From a virus, in IMG/VR virus record IMGVR_UViG_3300030040_000144, positions 37,244-101,243 of that record: DNA of 64,000 nt; one strand, 5' to 3'. Under the pieces are notes generated by a model that worked only from the letters and a program-made list of their open reading frames with translations, ran no database searches and was not told the DNA's origin. Of this stretch, positions 57,844 to 64,000 are shown piece after piece (position 1 is the stretch's first letter; each line of letters opens with the position of its first letter). The position numbers and the translations under genes were made by a program.

Positions 57844-58401
57844 ATGCAGAATCCCTACAACCTCGCTCGCGCCATAGCCGCTCTACTGAGCCTTGCATGG
57901 TGCTACGTAGAACCGTCCATCAATTTTATCACGGTTTGTTTCTTTGCCCTTATCATCGACTGCTACACGGCTTGGAGGTGCAACCGCCGCATCTACGCCC
58001 GATACCGCGAAGCCATAAAGCGAAACCCCAAGTGCAGAATGGACGGTAAGTTGCGATCAAAGAAAATGGCGAAGATGGTGTGGACCTTTTCGGTACTGAT
58101 AATGTGCATCTGCCTCGCTTCGGCACTCGACCGCGGCGTGCTAGGCTACATGGATACGCATCTGGCCAACCAGCTTACCGCGCTTTATTGCGGAGTGCAG
58201 TTTGTGAGCATCCTCGAAAACGAGAGCACATGCAACGGCAGCACATGGGCACGTGTATTACAGAAGATAGTGGCCGACAAGACCGAACGACACTTTAACA
58301 TAAAGCTGAAAGAGCTTATGAAAGATGATGCCGAAGCCGCCGCCGCTACCGCCGAAGCCGCCACCCCCGACCCCGAAGAAGCGGACGGTAGCAAAGAGTA
58401 A
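57844..58401 (+). CDS. Holin-like membrane protein
   Basis: Three predicted TM segments in the first 120 aa, an FVSILENE motif, and a charged Ala/Glu/Asp-rich C-terminal tail. Confidence 0.4.
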   Translation: MQNPYNLARAIAALLSLAWCYVEPSINFITVCFFALIIDCYTAWRCNRRIYARYREAIKRNPKCRMDGKLRSKKMAKMVWTFSVLIMCICLASALDRGVLGYMDTHLANQLTALYCGVQFVSILENESTCNGSTWARVLQKIVADKTERHFNIKLKELMKDDAEAAAATAEAATPDPEEADGSKE

Positions 58402-58422
58402 CGAACAAAAAAACATCAGACT

Positions 58423-59016
58423 ATGGATATAAGCGACATCTTGGAACATTGGGCGAGCATTTACAAGCCCCTATCGCACCACCCCGACAGCGAGCGGATA
58501 GAAGACCGAAGTTTTTTCAACGTGCGGTACATAGACCTTGAGAACGTGTTCTCACGCAACGCCAACGTAATACACTCGCCCTGCCTGCTACAGAGCGTGG
58601 CGGTAACGGGCGAGGTGGTAGACGCAAAGAAGGCGGTGGTATCGCATCAGGTGTGGTTCCTGAGCAAACTTAAAGACACGCAGCAAACCTTGGGACGTTT
58701 TAGCGGCGCGCAGCTTAAACGCGCATCGAACGACCTCGTGGAGCACTGCGAGCAACTCGTGGCGTGGCTCGTAGAGATGCGCCGCACGGGAGTATGCCCC
58801 ATCACGGGGCGCAGTTTCGCCAACGACCCCCGCCTCATGACGGAGCTGAAGAGCATAGACATCAGTTCATTCTCGTTCGGCGTGGTACCGGAGCTGTACA
58901 GCGGGCAGTGGCTCATAGCCGGACTCGACTGGAAATCCTTCCGTCCGCTCTACTCGTTTCAGTGCGGCATGAACGGCAAGTACATAGTGCCGGAGGATAA
59001 CGGAAGTAAAGGGTAA
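58423..59016 (+). CDS. Hypothetical protein
   Basis: 197-aa ORF. Confidence 0.3.
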   Translation: MDISDILEHWASIYKPLSHHPDSERIEDRSFFNVRYIDLENVFSRNANVIHSPCLLQSVAVTGEVVDAKKAVVSHQVWFLSKLKDTQQTLGRFSGAQLKRASNDLVEHCEQLVAWLVEMRRTGVCPITGRSFANDPRLMTELKSIDISSFSFGVVPELYSGQWLIAGLDWKSFRPLYSFQCGMNGKYIVPEDNGSKG

Positions 59017-59039
59017 AGAAGGAAAGGAGAGCTTCAGTC

Positions 59040-59612
59040 ATGGGTAATTTCATTTCACCAATCCAGAATCCGTTCGCTCCGCTGTCAAGGGTCGCGCCTC
59101 TGTACCTTGACCAGACACTCATGGATCTTGAGGTAAACATGCAGGCCCAGCGCATCTATCCCACCGAGGTTTACAAAGGATATAACACCGTAAACAAGTA
59201 CCGCCGTGAGCACGGCATGTGGTACAGTACGGGCGAGGGAGCGAAGTCGTTTACCGGACACATCTACCAAGCCGACGACGAGAACGGTCTGCTTACCGTA
59301 GGAATCCGTTTCAACGACTACCTGCGCTACGTAGACATCGGTGTAGGTCTTACCGGAGCGCCGTCCGACCCCGCCGCCCACATCAAGGCGAGCGATGTAG
59401 ACCGCCAGCGCCCGGCACGCCATAACACCCGATACATAAGCAAGTGGGACCGACGGGCGGGTAAATCACACCGCCCCGCCATTATGCGAACCGTAAACCG
59501 TCTGCGCGAGCGATACCGCAACTATCTGGCCGACTTTTACGGCTATCAGGGAGGCGTGGAGATTATAGCCGCATTCGAGGGGATGGGAGAGCACGCGAAG
59601 TCTCAGCCGTAG
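59040..59612 (+). CDS. Hypothetical protein
   Basis: 190-aa ORF. Confidence 0.3.
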   Translation: MGNFISPIQNPFAPLSRVAPLYLDQTLMDLEVNMQAQRIYPTEVYKGYNTVNKYRREHGMWYSTGEGAKSFTGHIYQADDENGLLTVGIRFNDYLRYVDIGVGLTGAPSDPAAHIKASDVDRQRPARHNTRYISKWDRRAGKSHRPAIMRTVNRLRERYRNYLADFYGYQGGVEIIAAFEGMGEHAKSQP

Positions 59613-59619
59613 CCGCCGC

Positions 59620-59690
59620 GAACGCGCGTTTACACAAACACACAAACACACAAACGCATAAATACACAAACCAACACATAAAACACAAAC
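59620..59690. repeat. ACAAAC/CACAAACG simple repeat tract, same type as 25594-25910
   Basis: gtttacacaaacacacaaacacacaaacgcataaatacacaaaccaacacataaaacacaaacgca. Confidence 0.4.
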
Positions 59691-59696
59691 GCAGAT

Positions 59697-62600
59697 ATGG
59701 CAAACCTAAAAACAGAAGTCATACTCACCATGAACGGCAAGGCCGTGATAAACGTGCTTGAGCTGATGAAGCAGAAAGCCGCAGAAACGAAAGCCGAAAT
59801 GGATCGCGTGGGAAAAGACTCGGAGCTGTACAAGCCGCTCAAAGAGCAGTACGACGCTTTCAGCAGCGCACACGAAAGCACCATCAAGAGTACCGAACGC
59901 CTTCAGCACGCCGTGCAGAACCTTTCTACCACATCGCTTCAAAACTTGCGCCGTGCGCTTGGTGCCGGGAAGCGAGACCTTCAGAAGCTGTCGGAAGCGC
60001 AGTTGGCCGAAGCTGACTCTATACGCGAAATGATGCGCATAGTAGGCAACCAGATTCGCCTGCTTGAAGGTCAGTACGTAAAGATACCCAAAGGATTGGC
60101 CGACCTTTCCTCTCAGTCCGATCAATGGCTAAGCAAAGCCATAGCCCAGCAGAAAGAGTTGCTCGAAGTTACACGCCGCGGCACTAAAGAATACATGGAG
60201 CAGGAAGGCGTAATGCGCCAGCTTACCGCCGAGAACGACCGCCGTACGGCAGCCGTGCGCGCCGAAGCCGCCGCCCGTCAGCAGGCGCAGTTCCGCACCC
60301 AGGTAGCCGAATCGCGCCGTATGCTGTCGTCCGAAGACTCCATGCGCGGTTACTCGCAGAATGAACTACGCTCGGCAATAAGCACTCTGGCGCAAGCCCG
60401 CGACGCTGCAAAGCTGGGCGGCGAAGAATGGAAGACTTTCGCGGCGGAAGTAGAAGAAGCGGAGAAACGTTTGACTTCTCTGTCCGGAAAAGTGAAAGAG
60501 GTAAAGGCGGCAATGTCGGCAGGCGAGGCAAACGCTGTGATAGCCAAAATGGACGAGCATACTGAAACCGAGATTCGAGAAGCCATTAACGCATTGCGTC
60601 AGCTTCAGAACCAAGTGAACGTGGGCGGCACAGAGTGGAGAGCTTATGCCAACGACATAGACGCGGCAGAAAGCCGTTTGGCCAAACTTACCGGAAGGGT
60701 AAAAGAGGTGAAAGCTGCCATGTCAAAACAGGAGGCCAACAACGTCATCTCCAATATGGGCGAACACACCGAAGCCGAGGTTCGCGAAGCCATATCCGCA
60801 CTGCGCCAGCTTCAGAACCAAGTGAACATGGGCAGCAAGGAGTGGATGGCTTATTCGGCCGATATAGAAGCGGCGGAAAACCAATTAAGTACGCTTACCG
60901 GGCGTATCAAGAATGTCAAAACCGAGCTGAGTCAAGATACGGTAGAGTCGCGGATGGCAAATCTGGGCGCTCAGTCTGAAAACAGCCTTAAAGAAATGCT
61001 GTCTTACCTTGAAAAGATGAAAGGTTCGCTTACTCCGTATACCGACGAGTGGGAACGTCTGGCCCGACAGATAGACGAGGTAAAGCAGCGTATGGCCGAT
61101 GTACAGTCATCGTCTCCATACATGCGTAACACTAACGCGGCTTTCGCAGTGGCATACAGAAACCAGTTAGAGTTTCAGAGTGGGGCTACTTACGATGTAA
61201 CGCAAAGAGACCTGCAATGGGCGAAGGGACACTTGCAGAAAGAACTTTTAGATACCCCCATGCTCGATGCCCAGCGTATATCCGACATCCAGGCCGCCAT
61301 CGACAAGATAGACGAGCGCATGAATATGTTCCGCACCGACACGAAAGAAGCCGCCACCGCCACGGTAAACCTGGAGCGTGTATTAGGCAACCTTAAAACC
61401 GCGTCGCTCGAAGAACTGGAAGCTGCTTCATCGTCTCTGAATAACCAGCTCAAAAAACTCGCGCCGTCGAGCGACGAAGCCAAGAAAATCAAGGAGCAAC
61501 TCCGGGATATAGACAAGGAAATCCGTCAGGTGGGAGCTGACATGGTAGACGTGAACGACGTGCTGGCACGCAGCAAGCGCGGCAAAGCGTCGATAGACGA
61601 GCTGCGCAAAGCGTACAAGCAACTTGAGGAGGAACTGAATGAACTGAACACCAAAAGCACTCAGTTCGCCGAAAAGCAACGGCGGATGAAGGAGCTTAAA
61701 AAATACATAGACGATGCTACCGGAGCGGTGCAGAAGCAAGGCGACGCATGGAGTACCGCACTGAGAAACCTCACGGCATACGTGGGACTGTTTGCGGTGT
61801 TTAATCAGCTGAAGTCGATGCTTACGGGAATCATACAGAAGAACTTCGAAATGTCGGACTCTCTGGCAGACATCCGTAAAGTTTCGGGCTTGCTATCTGA
61901 GGAAATAGAAACCATGACATCCAATCTGGCGAAAATTGACACCCGTACTTCGTTGGATTCACTAAACCGTATCGCGTACGCGGGGGCTAAGCTTGGAATT
62001 GGCGAGTATGGAGCCGCGGGACTTGAGTCTTTCGTCCGTGCCAGCAACCAGGTGAACGTGGCATTAAAGGAAGATCTTGGAGACGAAGCTCTGACCGCTC
62101 TCGCTAAGATTACCGAAGTGATGGGACTTATCCCAAAGATGGGTGTGGAGCAGTCAATGCTTAAAACCGGTAGCGCCATCTTCAAGTTAGCCAGCACCAC
62201 CACCGCCACATCGGGGAAGATTATCGACTTCAGTAACCGACTTCTGGCAATGGGTAAGGTGGGGGCACTGTCCACCTCCGACATCCTGGCGCTCGGTGCG
62301 GCCGTAGATGCTATGGCCATGGAGCCAGAAGTGGCGAGTACCGCCTTTAGTAAGATGATTGCTGAGATGAGAAAAGGTACCGCGTCTATCGAGAAAGACC
62401 TTGGTCTAACCGAAGGATATTTAAAGAATCTGCTTAATACGAGTAGGGGTATGGAGGCTATTCAAACCATATTTCACAAGATGCACGAAACCGGTAACGT
62501 GTTTGCGCTCGATGGGCTTTTTAAAGACCTCGGTTCCGCCGACGGTGCACGTCTTATCAAGGTAATGGTCACTATGGCCGACAAGGTAGACATGCTCGAC

Positions 62601-64000
62601 AAAATGGTAAGAACATCTAACGCCGCATTTGTTGAAGGAACGGCAGTTACTCAGGAATACAATATCCAGCAAGAGACCGCACAGGGTATACTCGAAAGAG
62701 CCAACTCGATGTTTTCCAAAGCGTTTGTAAACCCCGACGGTGTCAATGCCGTGAAATCTCTGGCGGTAGCGTGGTACGATTTCTCAAGAGCCTTAACAAC
62801 TTCGGCTTCGGCTCAGGCATCGTTCCTTACTACGGTCAAGATATTGATAGCCTCGTGCGAGACTCTTATATATCTGCTGCCCGAGATAATAGGCTTCCTT
62901 GTAGGCCGCAGTATAGCCGCAGCTATAGTTAATGTAAAACGCATGGTTGTCGCTGTACATGCGTGGGTAACAGCGCAGAAAGCTCTTAACGCTACTATGG
63001 CGGCAAACGTGTTCGGCATGATAGCATCGGCGCTTGCGCTGGTATATACGCAGCTGCGTAAAAACTCGGAAGCCGCAAAGCAGGCAGCCGACTCGATGGA
63101 CCGCTTTACCAAGTCGCTCTCTGAAGCCGAAAGCGACGTGGGTAAAGCCCTGCTTGAACTTGACGGCTATAAGGATGTGATAGAAAATACAAAGAAAGGA
63201 ACGAACGAGCACCGTGTTGCCATAGAGAACTTTAACAAGAAGTACGGTTCGTACCTCTCTAAACTATTGACGGAAAAATCTACTGCCGAAGATATGGCAA
63301 AGGCGTATAACGAGGTAGCGTCGGCCATAGAACGCAAGGTCATGGCGCAGGCCAAGGAGAAAGACATCGAGCAGCACGTTGCCCCTAAAGCCGGACGTGA
63401 GGCCCAGCGTCTTTATGAGTACGACCAGATGGCGCTTAAAAACGGCATTCCGCAGCGCAACGGCGAATGGCTGCGTGCGTTCGTGAACGACCGTGTGCAT
63501 AAAAAGTCGCTCGAAACCACTATCGAAGAACTTATATTGAACAGCGGCGTTGGCCAGGACAAGAATGAAGCTTTTCGTGAAGGTCTGTTTGAAGCCCTGA
63601 GAAACACCAATGGTACGCCAGCCCAGTTTTACGATGTAGCATACCTTAAAAAACGTGATACCGGAGGTGAGTATATAGAACATACTATGGGTAAGTTCTC
63701 GAATAAGGAAAAGCAGGTAGCTATGGGCGTAGCCTACATCCGGCAGCGTTTCGCCCGTGAAAAGTCAATGGACGAGGTAAAGAAGAAGTTCAAGTACTAT
63801 CCTGATACATTGTCAAAGGAAGACGTGGAACCCGTTACTGTAGGCGATAGCAAGGAATATAAGAGTGCGGCCGAAATAGCCAAGACACGAGCCAATGCCG
63901 TCATAGCTAACATCAAGGCGTTTTACGAAGAACAGATGCGCAAGTACCTGGTGTGGGTTACAGAGGTGAACGCCGATGGCGAGAAACTGAGCGAGGGACA
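59697..64000 (+). CDS. Tail tape-measure protein, 3'-partial (runs off the window end)
   Basis: Frame open from the ATG at 59697 to the window end; not in the ORF track, presumably because there is no in-window stop. Coiled-coil-rich with three ~69-aa tandem repeats (...EW[KRM].[FY]A..[IV]E.AE..L..L.G[KR][VI]K.VK... at ~60420-60940). Hydrophobic TM-like stretches (ILIASCETLIYLLPEIIGFLVGRSIAAAIV) are typical of tape-measure proteins. Confidence 0.6.
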   Translation, partial: MANLKTEVILTMNGKAVINVLELMKQKAAETKAEMDRVGKDSELYKPLKEQYDAFSSAHESTIKSTERLQHAVQNLSTTSLQNLRRALGAGKRDLQKLSEAQLAEADSIREMMRIVGNQIRLLEGQYVKIPKGLADLSSQSDQWLSKAIAQQKELLEVTRRGTKEYMEQEGVMRQLTAENDRRTAAVRAEAAARQQAQFRTQVAESRRMLSSEDSMRGYSQNELRSAISTLAQARDAAKLGGEEWKTFAAEVEEAEKRLTSLSGKVKEVKAAMSAGEANAVIAKMDEHTETEIREAINALRQLQNQVNVGGTEWRAYANDIDAAESRLAKLTGRVKEVKAAMSKQEANNVISNMGEHTEAEVREAISALRQLQNQVNMGSKEWMAYSADIEAAENQLSTLTGRIKNVKTELSQDTVESRMANLGAQSENSLKEMLSYLEKMKGSLTPYTDEWERLARQIDEVKQRMADVQSSSPYMRNTNAAFAVAYRNQLEFQSGATYDVTQRDLQWAKGHLQKELLDTPMLDAQRISDIQAAIDKIDERMNMFRTDTKEAATATVNLERVLGNLKTASLEELEAASSSLNNQLKKLAPSSDEAKKIKEQLRDIDKEIRQVGADMVDVNDVLARSKRGKASIDELRKAYKQLEEELNELNTKSTQFAEKQRRMKELKKYIDDATGAVQKQGDAWSTALRNLTAYVGLFAVFNQLKSMLTGIIQKNFEMSDSLADIRKVSGLLSEEIETMTSNLAKIDTRTSLDSLNRIAYAGAKLGIGEYGAAGLESFVRASNQVNVALKEDLGDEALTALAKITEVMGLIPKMGVEQSMLKTGSAIFKLASTTTATSGKIIDFSNRLLAMGKVGALSTSDILALGAAVDAMAMEPEVASTAFSKMIAEMRKGTASIEKDLGLTEGYLKNLLNTSRGMEAIQTIFHKMHETGNVFALDGLFKDLGSADGARLIKVMVTMADKVDMLDKMVRTSNAAFVEGTAVTQEYNIQQETAQGILERANSMFSKAFVNPDGVNAVKSLAVAWYDFSRALTTSASAQASFLTTVKILIASCETLIYLLPEIIGFLVGRSIAAAIVNVKRMVVAVHAWVTAQKALNATMAANVFGMIASALALVYTQLRKNSEAAKQAADSMDRFTKSLSEAESDVGKALLELDGYKDVIENTKKGTNEHRVAIENFNKKYGSYLSKLLTEKSTAEDMAKAYNEVASAIERKVMAQAKEKDIEQHVAPKAGREAQRLYEYDQMALKNGIPQRNGEWLRAFVNDRVHKKSLETTIEELILNSGVGQDKNEAFREGLFEALRNTNGTPAQFYDVAYLKKRDTGGEYIEHTMGKFSNKEKQVAMGVAYIRQRFAREKSMDEVKKKFKYYPDTLSKEDVEPVTVGDSKEYKSAAEIAKTRANAVIANIKAFYEEQMRKYLVWVTEVNADGEKLSEG

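Overview
The window looks like part of a large (>64 kb) temperate phage or phage-plasmid of a Bacteroidales host. GC is about 50%, promoters match the Bacteroides -7 TAnnTTTG / -33 TTTG pattern, and there are many lipoproteins with a Cys lipobox.

Layout:
- 1-6.9 kb: a complete diversity-generating retroelement (DGR). A 5'-truncated large target gene carries a C-terminal variable region (VR), followed by an avd-like gene, the template repeat (TR) and a DGR-type reverse transcriptase. All 11 VR/TR mismatches fall on TR adenines.
- 7.6-11.6 kb: a 1166-aa tail-fibre-like protein with a collagen-like segment, then a YkuD-fold-like protein.
- 11.8-25.6 kb: an accessory and regulatory island. It holds lipoprotein morons, four XRE-type HTH repressor-like genes (three with a C-terminal VCPxC motif), a protein with triple zinc-ribbon-like repeats and a Vsr/DUF559-like nuclease domain, a HicAB toxin-antitoxin pair, and a tRNA 3'-end-like fragment that may be an att core.
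- 25.6-29.5 kb: a plasmid-type replicon. CAAAC-rich repeats precede ParA and an RHH ParG-like protein. Four plus four inverted 22-bp iterons flank an AT-rich putative unwinding region (DUE) ahead of a Rep initiator.
- 31.2-33.0 kb: an IS200/IS605 insertion (tnpA + tnpB) with matching terminal hairpins.
- 33.8-49.5 kb: an early/replication module with a DEDD exonuclease, a 1224-aa primase-helicase, an SSB-like protein and a beta sliding clamp. Both the primase-helicase and the SSB-like protein end in a DEDxPF tail like the SSB C-terminus.
- 49.6-51.4 kb: an IS1182-like insertion.
- 51.4-57.7 kb (minus strand): terminase large subunit, two N6-adenine methyltransferase genes interrupted at G/A homopolymers of 9-11 nt, a radical-SAM protein and direct-repeat arrays.
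- 57.8-64.0 kb: a holin-like gene, two hypothetical genes and a 3'-partial tape-measure gene with about 69-aa tandem repeats.

The most notable system is the DGR sitting in what appears to be a Bacteroidales phage-plasmid. Candidate phase-variable DNA-modification genes and a candidate nuclease island are secondary points of interest.

Some hand-counted coordinates disagree with the ORF track by about 1 nt; the cause was not resolved, so non-ORF coordinates are +/- 2 nt.
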